From Paludibacteraceae bacterium (GTDB taxonomy: Bacteria > Bacteroidota > Bacteroidia > Bacteroidales > Paludibacteraceae), in NCBI GenBank assembly GCA_017471285.1, contig JAFUUZ010000026.1, positions 27-64,026 of the forward strand: a DNA stretch of 64,000 nt, read 5' to 3'. Shown piece after piece: positions 35,862 through 43,993 of the stretch (its first letter is position 1; every line of letters begins with the position of its first letter). The notes under the pieces are model-generated. The model did not search any database. It had not been told where the DNA came from and saw nothing but the letters and a program-made list of their open reading frames with translations. Made by a program: the position numbers and the translations under genes.

Positions 35862-37073
35862 ATGTTTTTTCATAGTACGATGAAACACTACACGAGAGAG
35901 GAAATACATCTGTTGGTGACGCAGGGCTATCTTGATGCTCGGCAGAATGAGCGCAGCAAAGGCACTCAGCTTCTGTACGAGATTCACCAAGAGACCAACA
36001 TTGCCGACCTCACCAATGCCTTGTATAACCGCGAGTGGAAACCCGCGCCTCCTATCGTGTTTGTCGTGACTGACCCTACTGTACGCGAGGTCTTTGCGCC
36101 TCAGTTCCCGGATAGGATTGTCAGCCACATCGTCTATTCCTTGTTGTCGCCGCTTTTCGAGCGCCGCTTCATCTACGATTCCTACTCTTGCCGAAAAGGG
36201 AAGGGAACGCTCTTCGGTATAGAGCGCTTCGAGCATCATATCCGAAGCGTGACCGACAACTACAAGTACACCGCCTACATCCTCAACCTGGATATATCGG
36301 GCTACTTTATGAGCATCCACAAGCCTACGCTCTACGACATCATCCATACCACCCTTGACGAGTATGCCGCTCGCGACTGCCGGCCGGGAGTGAAGTGGTC
36401 CGATGTCATAGATTTCGAGTTCTGTGACTATGTTATCCGCCAAATCCTCTTTCGCGACCCGTTGAAGGGAAGTATCTATATGGGCGACCCGAAGCTTCGC
36501 GCCCTCGTGCCGCCACAGAAGCTGCTGCGCAATTCTCCTGCGGACACGGGATTGATTATTGGCGATTTGACCTCGCAACTTTTCAGCAATGTCTATCTCA
36601 ACCCCTTCGACCATTTCGTGAAGAGGGTGTTGCATATCAAGGGCTATGGCCGATATGTTGACGACGGGCGTATGATTCATCGCGACAAGGACTATCTGTT
36701 GGAGTGCAAGGAGCGCTCCACGGTGTTCTTGAAGGAGCGTCTGCGCCTTGTGGTCCACCCGACCAAGACCACCATTACCTCTACGGAAGAGACCAACTTC
36801 TTCCTCGGCGCAGCGATACGGGACTACCGCCGCTATGCCAAGAACGATACTGTCGGCCACTTCCACGAGACTGTGCGCCTCTACGAGAGGGCCATTGAGA
36901 CGGGGGCATACCTTGACCTCCTGGGTATGTACTCGGTGTTGAACTCCTACCTCGGTTACTTTCAGCACTTCAAGGCCAAGACTATCGTGGAGCGCACGCT
37001 GCGCGAATCCCCGGTGTTGAACTACTTTACGCTCACGCCAAACTGCAAGAAAGTTATTCTCAAACCCTTATAA
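35862..37073 (+). CDS. DGR reverse transcriptase
   Basis: GRYVDDG (YxDD catalytic box), LTSQLFSNVYLNPFDHF, and SCRKGKGT upstream. Start is ambiguous (GTG 35853, ATG 35862 or ATG 35880). Confidence 0.92.
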   Translation: MFFHSTMKHYTREEIHLLVTQGYLDARQNERSKGTQLLYEIHQETNIADLTNALYNREWKPAPPIVFVVTDPTVREVFAPQFPDRIVSHIVYSLLSPLFERRFIYDSYSCRKGKGTLFGIERFEHHIRSVTDNYKYTAYILNLDISGYFMSIHKPTLYDIIHTTLDEYAARDCRPGVKWSDVIDFEFCDYVIRQILFRDPLKGSIYMGDPKLRALVPPQKLLRNSPADTGLIIGDLTSQLFSNVYLNPFDHFVKRVLHIKGYGRYVDDGRMIHRDKDYLLECKERSTVFLKERLRLVVHPTKTTITSTEETNFFLGAAIRDYRRYAKNDTVGHFHETVRLYERAIETGAYLDLLGMYSVLNSYLGYFQHFKAKTIVERTLRESPVLNYFTLTPNCKKVILKPL

Positions 37074-37077
37074 CATT

Positions 37078-37443
37078 ATGAGACAGTACACTTTACCTTA
37101 TGAGCCGAGCGCCTTTGAGCAGCTCGTGAACGGACTGTTCCGCGTGTTCTACAATGTGGAGAAGTCCTCTGAAACCATTACCACTACCGACGAGGAAGGT
37201 CACGAGACCTCCGAGACGCACGACATTTGGCTTTGCAATGCCGTTGACATTGAAGGCCCGATGAACGAATCCGCCTACGCCCGCCTGGTGTCCGCTATCA
37301 TCCGCGACAAGTACACGGTTGACGACGAGCTGGCACTTGAACGCCACGCCCGCAAGGGAGACCACGCTGAGGAAATTGCCGAACACGACGACTTCGCTGA
37401 GGCCGCAAAGACCTTCGCCAAGTCTGTTCTTGGTATGGAGTAG
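37078..37443 (+). CDS. hypothetical acidic protein (121 aa) directly after RT
   Basis: Track ORF beginning 4 nt after the RT stop. Confidence 0.55.
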   Translation: MRQYTLPYEPSAFEQLVNGLFRVFYNVEKSSETITTTDEEGHETSETHDIWLCNAVDIEGPMNESAYARLVSAIIRDKYTVDDELALERHARKGDHAEEIAEHDDFAEAAKTFAKSVLGME

Positions 37444-37489
37444 TGTAATAATCTTAAACGAATATTGCACGAGAATGGCAAGGGTTTTA

Positions 37490-37497
37490 TACTTTTG
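37490..37497 (+). promoter_or_regulatory. Bacteroidota -7 box TActTTTG ahead of the lysis genes
   Basis: Exact TAnnTTTG, 27 nt upstream of ATG 37524. Confidence 0.5.
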
Positions 37498-37523
37498 CAC
37501 AGAACATCAAATCAAGAGTAGCT

Positions 37524-37715
37524 ATGGCAATAGACAACACAACTCTCAAAAAGGTAGGATGCTTCTTCGCAAGTTTCGCTTGCATTATTGGAGCAATCGG
37601 CGGTTTTGGCACTTGCGTCGCTCAGCACGAGTGGCCCATTGCAATCTGCATCGTGGTTGTCGCGGGATGCGCCGTGCCAACCGTCGTGAAAATGGTTAAA
37701 TATCTGATTTCGTAG
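37524..37715 (+). CDS. small 2-TM membrane protein (holin/antiholin candidate)
   Basis: 63 aa with FFASFACIIGAIGGFG and IAICIVVVAGCAVPTVV. Position is upstream of the endolysin. Confidence 0.5.
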   Translation: MAIDNTTLKKVGCFFASFACIIGAIGGFGTCVAQHEWPIAICIVVVAGCAVPTVVKMVKYLIS

Positions 37716-37721
37716 TGCGCT

Positions 37722-38234
37722 ATGATTACAACCGTTATATCGCGCTGCTTGACTAAATTAAGTGACGCTATGCAACACATTTGGGCTTGGTTTGCCGCTA
37801 TCGGCCTCTTCATCGTTGACATCTTCGCCGGCCACGCATTCATCGTGAATCTCGTCGTGACGGTCACGATTATGGATGCGATTTGGGGTGTCGCGGTCAG
37901 CTTGAAGAATAAGAAGTTCTTTCTCTCCGAGCTGGCCCGTCAGACGATAGGCAAAATCGCGGTGTACGGTTGTGCGCTCTTCGGTGTCGCCGGTATTGAC
38001 CTCTATGTTCACAATCAGACCGGCCTCGAAATGGCTATCACAACCGCCATTATCGGTGTCGTGATTGTGCTTACCGAACTGTGGTCCTCTTCGGCCTCTA
38101 TGCTGATTCTTTTCCCCGACTTCCCGTTCCTCCGTCTCTTGCAGAAGTCCCTCACGAGTGAAATCGCGAGGAAACTCGGCGTGCCGGAGGAAGAGGTCGC
38201 GGGGATTCTATCTCACAACAGACACAAAAAGTAA
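37722..38234 (+). CDS. multi-TM membrane protein (holin candidate, 170 aa)
   Basis: Four hydrophobic segments and a charged C-terminus. Lies in the lysis module. Confidence 0.5.
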   Translation: MITTVISRCLTKLSDAMQHIWAWFAAIGLFIVDIFAGHAFIVNLVVTVTIMDAIWGVAVSLKNKKFFLSELARQTIGKIAVYGCALFGVAGIDLYVHNQTGLEMAITTAIIGVVIVLTELWSSSASMLILFPDFPFLRLLQKSLTSEIARKLGVPEEEVAGILSHNRHKK

Positions 38235-38239
38235 ATCCT

Positions 38240-38470
38240 ATGACTACTGCACTTATCCAGGGGGAACAGATATTCAGAGTTCCCGTCAGCAATTTCGCCA
38301 TTTCGCCGAGCGCAAGTGGCTACACGCTGAATTATTCCGCAGACGGGGAGAATTTCGATGCTTGGGACGAGGCAACGCCCGCCAACAAGAACGAGATTGT
38401 CACCAACGCGCCTTGCGGTCTTTGGTACAAACTTGTCGGCAACACATCTGATGTGAAGCTGCAATACTAA
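38240..38470 (+). CDS. hypothetical protein (76 aa)
   Basis: Track ORF. Confidence 0.5.
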   Translation: MTTALIQGEQIFRVPVSNFAISPSASGYTLNYSADGENFDAWDEATPANKNEIVTNAPCGLWYKLVGNTSDVKLQY

Positions 38471-38484
38471 GGGAGGGCCGAGCA

Positions 38485-38835
38485 ATGATTGACTTTTCCA
38501 AAAGAGTAACCTCGCAGGAAATGCAGGAAGAGTTGGCGAAGAAGGAAGATACCAACGCTATCCGCCTTCTCGCCATTCGCTCCGACTATCCCAACATTGA
38601 CCTCACGACCGCCACTCTTGCCTCTCTGAGCGAGTGGCTGACCGCAGAGCGTGCAAAGGAGCAGCAGGGCGACTTCGAGCATTATCTGCCCTTCCACGAT
38701 GTTGTCGTCCCCGTCTCACTTGACACGGGCGACTATGCCGTGAGATTCTCCTACGGCGGCAATGATTACGCGGTCTCTGCCGAAGGTCTGCGCATCGCAA
38801 CGCCTTCGGGTTGGAGGCTCGTCAACTCCGAGTAG
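38485..38835 (+). CDS. hypothetical protein (116 aa)
   Basis: Track ORF. Confidence 0.55.
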   Translation: MIDFSKRVTSQEMQEELAKKEDTNAIRLLAIRSDYPNIDLTTATLASLSEWLTAERAKEQQGDFEHYLPFHDVVVPVSLDTGDYAVRFSYGGNDYAVSAEGLRIATPSGWRLVNSE

Positions 38836-38837
38836 CT

Positions 38838-39287
38838 ATGACTGAGAAAGTGACTATGAACATTTCTCGCAATTTCACTTTCGCGGAGTTCGAGGAATCT
38901 CCGACTGCAAAGGCGAAGGGCATCGTGAATGTCATTAACACCTTCGAGATTCGGGATTCTATCGTCGCACTTGTCCGTGATGTCCTGCAACCTCTGCGGG
39001 ACATCTACGGTAAGCCGATGAAGGTCAATTCCGGCTACCGATGCCCCGAACTCAACGCTGCCGTTGGAGGTGTCGCCACCTCTCAGCACACGAAGGGCGA
39101 AGCTGCCGACATCCACACGGGCAGCGAGGCGGAATCCTACCGCCTGGCGAAACTCGCAAAGGATGCCAAGCTGCCCTACGACCAGCTTATCCTCTATCCG
39201 ACTTTCGTCCACATCAGCCACAAGCTGAAAGGCGAGCAGAGACAGAGGATTCTCTACAACTCGTCCTATCGGGGAAAGAAATTCTAA
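38838..39287 (+). CDS. endolysin, peptidase M15 (zinc D-Ala-D-Ala carboxypeptidase-like) family
   Basis: NSGYRCPELNAAVGGVATSQHTKGEAADI matches the SGYR..LN...GG...SQH..G.A.D signature. Trimmed to ATG 38838. Confidence 0.85.
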   Translation: MTEKVTMNISRNFTFAEFEESPTAKAKGIVNVINTFEIRDSIVALVRDVLQPLRDIYGKPMKVNSGYRCPELNAAVGGVATSQHTKGEAADIHTGSEAESYRLAKLAKDAKLPYDQLILYPTFVHISHKLKGEQRQRILYNSSYRGKKF

Positions 39288-39293
39288 TACTGA

Positions 39294-39322
39294 GGGGCGG
39301 GCTTCGGTCCGCCTCTTCTTTT
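39294..39322 (+). terminator. intrinsic terminator after the endolysin gene
   Basis: 9-bp GC stem (two G-T pairs) closing a TTCG tetraloop, followed by TTCTTTT. Confidence 0.65.
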
Positions 39323-39326
39323 GCCT

Positions 39327-39917
39327 ATGAAGAAGATTATTATTTGGATTCTTGTCGTGGCCGCGCTCATTGCTGCGGCATATTTTGTTGGGGACAGACG
39401 GGGGTATAACAGAGCGATGAATGGCTTTGAAGAGAAGCGCGACACCGTGACGGTGATAAAGTGGCGCAAAGACCCGAAGCCCTCGCTTATCTCAGAGATT
39501 ACCCTTCCTCAGCTTCCGTACTATGTGTTCTTTACCGTGCGCGACACCGTGAACGGCGAGCCGGTTGTTGTGAAGGATTCCGTGGCCGTAGGAATGGTGC
39601 AGAGGGAGTTTGGGGACAGTACCTATACCGCGTGGGTTAGCGGCCCGCAGATAGGCGAATATGGCCCGCAGTTGGATAGCATAGAGCAAGCCGTACCCGT
39701 CAAGTATATCACATCCTATATCACGCCGAAGGTGCGGCCCAATAGCATTTTCGTTGACGCGAGCGCCATATACGACAAAAGCCCGTTCCTCCCGCTCACC
39801 GTGAACTACGGCTACGAGAAAAACGGGCTAATGCTCTACGGGGGCGGAGGCTATGATTTCCTCACGAAATCCCCGGTTGTGCGTGTCGGTTTTCGGTGGA
39901 AGCCTTTTACTTGGTAG
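39327..39917 (+). CDS. N-terminally anchored protein (196 aa), possible spanin/lysis accessory
   Basis: MKKIIIWILVVAALIAAAYF signal-anchor. The C-terminus ends ...VGFRWKPFTW (aromatic terminal residue). Confidence 0.5.
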   Translation: MKKIIIWILVVAALIAAAYFVGDRRGYNRAMNGFEEKRDTVTVIKWRKDPKPSLISEITLPQLPYYVFFTVRDTVNGEPVVVKDSVAVGMVQREFGDSTYTAWVSGPQIGEYGPQLDSIEQAVPVKYITSYITPKVRPNSIFVDASAIYDKSPFLPLTVNYGYEKNGLMLYGGGGYDFLTKSPVVRVGFRWKPFTW

Positions 39918-40257
39918 GCTCTGAGAGCGGGATTTTCGGACCGTAGGAGCGAAGCGCATCCGCGTATTCCTGGGCCGCTCTCTGCAAGCCGGCAAGCTTG
40001 CTCTCTACATAGTCGCTTCTGAGCCGCTCCTGCTTCCGCTTGGCGGCATCAATGGAGAAGAGGATATGTTCGTCGTAATACCCCTTGCAGTATTCCGCAT
40101 CGGGCGCGACATTCCGCTCTCGCATTGGGTGGCTCGCGAAAGATACAAGGAGGTCCTTACCGTCACTCTTGCGGACGGAGTGGACCTTCTCTTCTTTGAT
40201 GCTGCTTGCGGTCACGATATAGACGACCGAAGCGAGATTCAGTTCTGATGCTTTCAT
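39907..40257 (-). CDS. hypothetical protein (116 aa), last gene of the leftward block
   Basis: Track ORF. Confidence 0.55.
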   Translation of the reverse strand: MKASELNLASVVYIVTASSIKEEKVHSVRKSDGKDLLVSFASHPMRERNVAPDAEYCKGYYDEHILFSIDAAKRKQERLRSDYVESKLAGLQRAAQEYADALRSYGPKIPLSEPTK

Positions 40258-40487
40258 TTCTCCAACTCCTGCATCTTATTCATAAGCGCGAGCGACGCAA
40301 GCGCCATAGCAACTTCATCCTTTTGTTCCTCGAACGCATCTATGCTCACCTCCACGCTTTCGGCCTCTTTTACGGCCTTTGTAGCGTCGTCAAGCATCTT
40401 GCGCTCGTCACCTTTGGCTTTCATTTTGAGAAGGGCGGCGATACCGTCAACCACCTCTTCTTCGATAGCTACAACAATCTTTACCAT
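40254..40487 (-). CDS. hypothetical protein (77 aa)
   Basis: Track ORF 40254..40643 trimmed to ATG 40487 (MVKIVVAIEEE...) to remove the overlap with 40502..40990. Confidence 0.5.
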   Translation of the reverse strand: MVKIVVAIEEEVVDGIAALLKMKAKGDERKMLDDATKAVKEAESVEVSIDAFEEQKDEVAMALASLALMNKMQELEK

Positions 40488-40501
40488 ATTGCTTTTGTGG
40501 A

Positions 40502-40990
40502 TTAAACGGGTTTTGCTCCGCGCACCTTCTCCCACTCGCTTTCTGTTATGACATATCGGCAACAGTTGCAAGTGTGGATGAAGGTCGGGAACGGAATTGT
40601 GTGTATGACCTCCGCGACTTGAATCATACCGCAACGCGGGCATTTGATGTATTCGAGGTGCGATGCAGAAGGCTTCCTCTGCAACGCAAGGTCGTGAAGA
40701 TACTGTCTGATGTCGTCGGGCGTTTTCAGTTTGCGGCCCTCATAGGTGATGATGTCTCCGTACTGCACAACGCCGAGAAGGACGCGCTCTGTGCCGATGC
40801 CGTGATACCAGGCGAGTTGTTTGATGCCACGGATGCGGCAACGGAACTTGGTAATCTCGCCGTGACGCATCGGGAACACAATATGGTTGCGAAGGATATG
40901 CTCTACGGTCTCCCAAGTCCTCGCGTTTTCTTCTGCGACTTGCGTAGAGACGCTCTCGTATATAGCGTCTATTATGTCCTGCATTTCCAT
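40502..40990 (-). CDS. zinc-finger-containing hypothetical protein (162 aa)
   Basis: CPRCG...CNCC near the C-terminus. Confidence 0.6.
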   Translation of the reverse strand: MEMQDIIDAIYESVSTQVAEENARTWETVEHILRNHIVFPMRHGEITKFRCRIRGIKQLAWYHGIGTERVLLGVVQYGDIITYEGRKLKTPDDIRQYLHDLALQRKPSASHLEYIKCPRCGMIQVAEVIHTIPFPTFIHTCNCCRYVITESEWEKVRGAKPV

Positions 40991-40993
40991 AGG

Positions 40994-41191
40994 CTACATA
41001 TTTTGCATTTTGGTCTCATATTCGATAACAAGTTTCTCGGCCTCTCGTCTATCCGCGTATGCGGTCTGAAAGCGCCTCTTGTCTCGCTTCGAGTTCGCGG
41101 CATACTTGCCACGCCCGTCTCGGTCCTTTGGCGCTACGAGGTGGCACGGGATAATCTCGTAGCGATGTACGGCATAGAAGAGTTGTCTCAT
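40994..41191 (-). CDS. hypothetical protein (65 aa)
   Basis: Track ORF. Confidence 0.5.
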   Translation of the reverse strand: MRQLFYAVHRYEIIPCHLVAPKDRDGRGKYAANSKRDKRRFQTAYADRREAEKLVIEYETKMQNM

Positions 41192-41352
41192 TTCAGATAG
41201 ATGTTTGCGGCCTCACGCTCGCATTCTTCCAACATTTTGTCGCGGAGGAATAGCCGCCGCTTCGATTTCTCAATAGCAACGGCCATTTCCTCTTGCGACA
41301 GTTCTGCAAGGTCGCCTACGGTGAGGTCCTCGGAATCAAGGTTTCGTGGCAT
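41188..41352 (-). CDS. micro-ORF (54 aa)
   Basis: Hand-read: MPRNLDSEDLTVGDLAELSQEEMAVAIEKSKRRLFLRDKMLEECEREAANIYLK. ATGA overlap with 40994..41191 and starts 2 nt after the stop of 41355..41681. Below the track size cut-off. Confidence 0.45.
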   Translation of the reverse strand: MPRNLDSEDLTVGDLAELSQEEMAVAIEKSKRRLFLRDKMLEECEREAANIYLK

Positions 41353-41354
41353 TA

Positions 41355-41681
41355 TCACGCCTCCTTGTATTCTTCAATGAGGACGACCTTACTGTAAATG
41401 TAGGTCCGTTGGAGCGAACGGCCACCCGTTTTCTTGTCCTTGAACAGAATCGGGGTGATTTCCGTACCTTCCCAACGGAGTTCGTAGCCGCCGAGCCAAG
41501 CGACAATCTCGCGGGTAGCACCGTAGTGGTCCTTCGTGACGACGCGCACCTTCTTGTCAATGAGGGTTTGGTCGGCATTGTCCGCGATATACTGCTTCTT
41601 GGCTTCGGCCAGCTCTGCGTCAAGTTCCGCCTTGCGGCGCTTGATGTCGGCTACCTTCGCCTTGAAATCTTCCTTCGTCAT
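41355..41681 (-). CDS. hypothetical protein (108 aa)
   Basis: Track ORF. Confidence 0.6.
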   Translation of the reverse strand: MTKEDFKAKVADIKRRKAELDAELAEAKKQYIADNADQTLIDKKVRVVTKDHYGATREIVAWLGGYELRWEGTEITPILFKDKKTGGRSLQRTYIYSKVVLIEEYKEA

Positions 41682-42556
41682 AGCGTTGGCGGTGTCGGGA
41701 AGTCAAGGTAGGTCTCCACGAACTCACGGGCAATAACCTTCTTGCACTTGAAGGGAGACGCTGAGAGCGTGGTAGCCTCTTCGATGATAGTATTCTCCGT
41801 GCCGGCGAGTTTCAGCCAATCAATGCACTTCTCCTTCGCCTCGTCAGCATCGTCTGCTTCCACGAGGAATGCTTGCTTGCCGGAAGTGATAGTGTCGGAC
41901 TGTCCTGCGGTCTTGGAGACCTCGCGGGAGGTGACATACAAGGAAATCTCGTAGTATCTGATTTCCTTCTTGACCTCTTCCTCGTCGTCGCTAAGCTCTT
42001 CGGCCGGCTTCGGCTCTTCTTCGGGGAAGAGAGGCTCTTCCTTCACGATTGCCTCGCCCGCTTTGAGTTTCGTGAACTCCTGCTTGTCGCGGTTGAGGAT
42101 AGTGCCGCAATCCAGCTCGCCGATAGAGAGGAACTTGAAGTCGTACTTCTCCGTCAGTTCGATGTAGTCCGCGATAATGGCCTTCGCCATATCAATGTTG
42201 GTGGCCTGGCAGACATACTTGTACTTCTTGTCGCTGATAACCACCTTCGCGGCATAGACCTTCAACCAAGCGCTTTCACGCTCAGCGCAAAGTCTGCATT
42301 GGTCGGAGACCTTGATGCCTTCAAGTTCTTTGGATTCGAGGTAGAAGGCTACGGAATCCACATTCTGCTCGTCAATCTTCGTTCCACGGGAGAAGAGGAC
42401 CTCTGAGCGCTCAATAGTAGTCTCCTTGCCCGTCGCTTCGTCAACGAAAGTCTCGGCCCAACGGCGGCACGCATTTTCGGCCACATACTTGCCGAACATT
42501 TCCTCCGTCGTCGTGGCAAGGATGATGTTTTCGGTCTTTCTTGTTTGGATGTTCAT
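41678..42556 (-). CDS. hypothetical protein (292 aa) with an acidic linker
   Basis: Track ORF. No motif recognised. Confidence 0.7.
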   Translation of the reverse strand: MNIQTRKTENIILATTTEEMFGKYVAENACRRWAETFVDEATGKETTIERSEVLFSRGTKIDEQNVDSVAFYLESKELEGIKVSDQCRLCAERESAWLKVYAAKVVISDKKYKYVCQATNIDMAKAIIADYIELTEKYDFKFLSIGELDCGTILNRDKQEFTKLKAGEAIVKEEPLFPEEEPKPAEELSDDEEEVKKEIRYYEISLYVTSREVSKTAGQSDTITSGKQAFLVEADDADEAKEKCIDWLKLAGTENTIIEEATTLSASPFKCKKVIAREFVETYLDFPTPPTL

Positions 42557-42582
42557 AAATTCTGAGGTTTAAGTGGAATACC

Positions 42583-42607
42583 CCGCGCCCTTCGAGATAG
42601 GGCGCGG
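42583..42607 (-). other. GC hairpin downstream of DGR target 2
   Basis: 8-bp stem CCGCGCCC/GGGCGCGG with a 9-nt loop and no U-tract. Lies in the gap 42557..42620. Confidence 0.35.
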
Positions 42608-42620
42608 AGCAGAAAAGGCT

Positions 42621-43226
42621 TTAATTTAATTCTCGGCAAGGCCGCACCGCGAAACCGTAAGCCCGGCCGTTGTTGCCCAACGGGTAGAGGTCGCTCGAAT
42701 AGAAGCCCAAGTAGTAAGCGTTAGCCTGGCTATCGGAGGCAAAAGACCAATAGCGGCCGTAGCTGCCAACATTGGTGAGCGCACCCGAAGCGCTAACACG
42801 GTAGCCGGAGGCTGGTAGGAAGATAGAGTTGCCATTAGGACCGACGACATCGTAGCCCTTCTTGTCAGAGTTCCAGGTCCACTTGCACTCTTCTACGAGT
42901 TCCGCGATAGCGACCGCTTTCGGAAGGAATTTGCCGAAGATGTCAACGGCCTCGTAGTGCGTGTAGTAGTCGGGCGCATTCTCTGTGGCCCACAGTCGGC
43001 CCGAAGGGAGGCCGAGGTCAACATACTTGAAGGCATCGGGATTGAAGGTTTCCTTCGTCAGCTTATTGGGATTGGCCTTCTTTTCGGGCCGCTCCGAAAT
43101 ACTGATGTCAGACACCTCCATACCCTCCGTATCTTCAACCATTTCGTTGAACAATTCCTCAATGTAGGAATCGCTCTTCTCTCCAAAAATATCGTTGGAG
43201 AGGTCAAGTTCGATAGTTACTTTCAT
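42621..43226 (-). CDS. DGR target protein 2 (201 aa), same CLec-type variable C-terminus
   Basis: ...FLPASGYRVSASGALTNVGSYGRYWSFASDSQANAYYLGFYSSDLYPLGNNGRAYGFAVRPCREL carries VR2. The N-terminus is acidic with no signal peptide. Confidence 0.88.
   Translation of the reverse strand: MKVTIELDLSNDIFGEKSDSYIEELFNEMVEDTEGMEVSDISISERPEKKANPNKLTKETFNPDAFKYVDLGLPSGRLWATENAPDYYTHYEAVDIFGKFLPKAVAIAELVEECKWTWNSDKKGYDVVGPNGNSIFLPASGYRVSASGALTNVGSYGRYWSFASDSQANAYYLGFYSSDLYPLGNNGRAYGFAVRPCRELN
42632..42812 (-). repeat. DGR variable region VR2 (remote, opposite strand)
   Basis: The reverse complement aligns gap-free to TR 35660..35840. 22 mismatches by hand count, all at TR adenines. Confidence 0.9.
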
Positions 43227-43402
43227 TTTCCTTTCTTGAATTTACCGAGGTGATTTTTTCTGAGGTAGCGCTTGTGCGTCTTGGAGGATGCGCGATAGAG
43301 ACCGTAGGCTTCGACATCGCCGAGATGCTCCTTGACAATCGGCATCATACCGCCGTAGTCCGGCATAAGATAGGGATAGGTTTTACCCCCCCCCCGTGCC
43401 AT
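43223..43402 (-). CDS. small basic protein (59 aa) translationally coupled to DGR target 2
   Basis: ATG 43402 (MARGGGKTYPYLMPDYGG...). Its stop overlaps the target-2 ATG (ATGA at 43226..43223). The reading frame passes through the G10 tract. Confidence 0.45.
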   Translation of the reverse strand: MARGGGKTYPYLMPDYGGMMPIVKEHLGDVEAYGLYRASSKTHKRYLRKNHLGKFKKGK

Positions 43403-43475
43403 TTTCCTGCGCAAAGAGCGCAGCAAGCGCCGCAAACAGACCGATGCGCCGCTTCAAAGTGGATGTTCCTTTCAT
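43383..43475 (-). CDS. 30-aa signal-peptide-like ORF ending just after the G10 tract
   Basis: Hand-read MKGTSTLKRRIGLFAALAALFAQENGTGGG then stop. Loss of one G would fuse it in frame to 43223..43402. Confidence 0.35.
   Translation of the reverse strand: MKGTSTLKRRIGLFAALAALFAQENGTGGG
43386..43395 (-). repeat. homopolymer G10 (C10 on the + strand)
   Basis: Counted directly in the sequence. Confidence 0.95.
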
Positions 43476-43486
43476 ATGGATGTTGG

Positions 43487-43993
43487 TTAGAGATTTCTGC
43501 GGTGCGCGAACTCTGCGAGTAGGGTCGCGTCAACCTTATTGTCGTCAATGTTCTTGCACCTCGGATTGCGGCGGAAGTCCTCATAGGGAAAGAGGCGCTT
43601 GGCCGCGTTGATAGAGGTGTTCTTGGTGTCAACCATTTTCTTCCCGTCGTGCTTGTATCGGTAAACCTTGTCCTCCGTAATCCATATCTCATTCTGCCAT
43701 TGCTTAGGCTGAACGAGGTGGTACGGGAAGCCGTAGGCTATGATAAGCCCTTTGAGGAATCCGAAGGTCTCGCCGAAGGAGAATGTGGCCTTCGCGGAAC
43801 TGCCGAAGATTGCGTGAACTTCCTCCATTACGCAGACGAATTTATCCTGCGGGCGGAGGGAGAATTTGGCAAAGAAGGCGGCAATCTCGCGAGGGTCGTG
43901 TTCCGACAAGGCGAAATACTCGTTGATTCCGTCCTCGGAGCGGACGCAGATGTAGCCGATGCTGCCGGGGTCTATCGCGATATAGTATTTCAT
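43487..43993 (-). CDS. RuvC-like Holliday junction resolvase
   Basis: N-terminal YIAIDPGS, then VMEEV and a late NKVDA acidic residue. This is the pattern of phage RuvC-fold resolvases. Confidence 0.65.
   Translation of the reverse strand: MKYYIAIDPGSIGYICVRSEDGINEYFALSEHDPREIAAFFAKFSLRPQDKFVCVMEEVHAIFGSSAKATFSFGETFGFLKGLIIAYGFPYHLVQPKQWQNEIWITEDKVYRYKHDGKKMVDTKNTSINAAKRLFPYEDFRRNPRCKNIDDNKVDATLLAEFAHRRNL

Larger units (their letters stand above)
33551..37073 (+). mobile_element. diversity-generating retroelement cassette (target/VR1 - small ORF - avd - TR - RT)
   Basis: See the component features. TR and VR1 are 185 nt, gap-free, and differ only at TR adenines. Confidence 0.93.

Noticed and set aside
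35402-35875. 157-aa ORF covering the template repeat
   Set aside because: The open frame exists because TR is a copy of the coding VR. It overlaps the end of avd and the start of RT, and it has no independent start context. It is treated as the non-coding TR RNA template.
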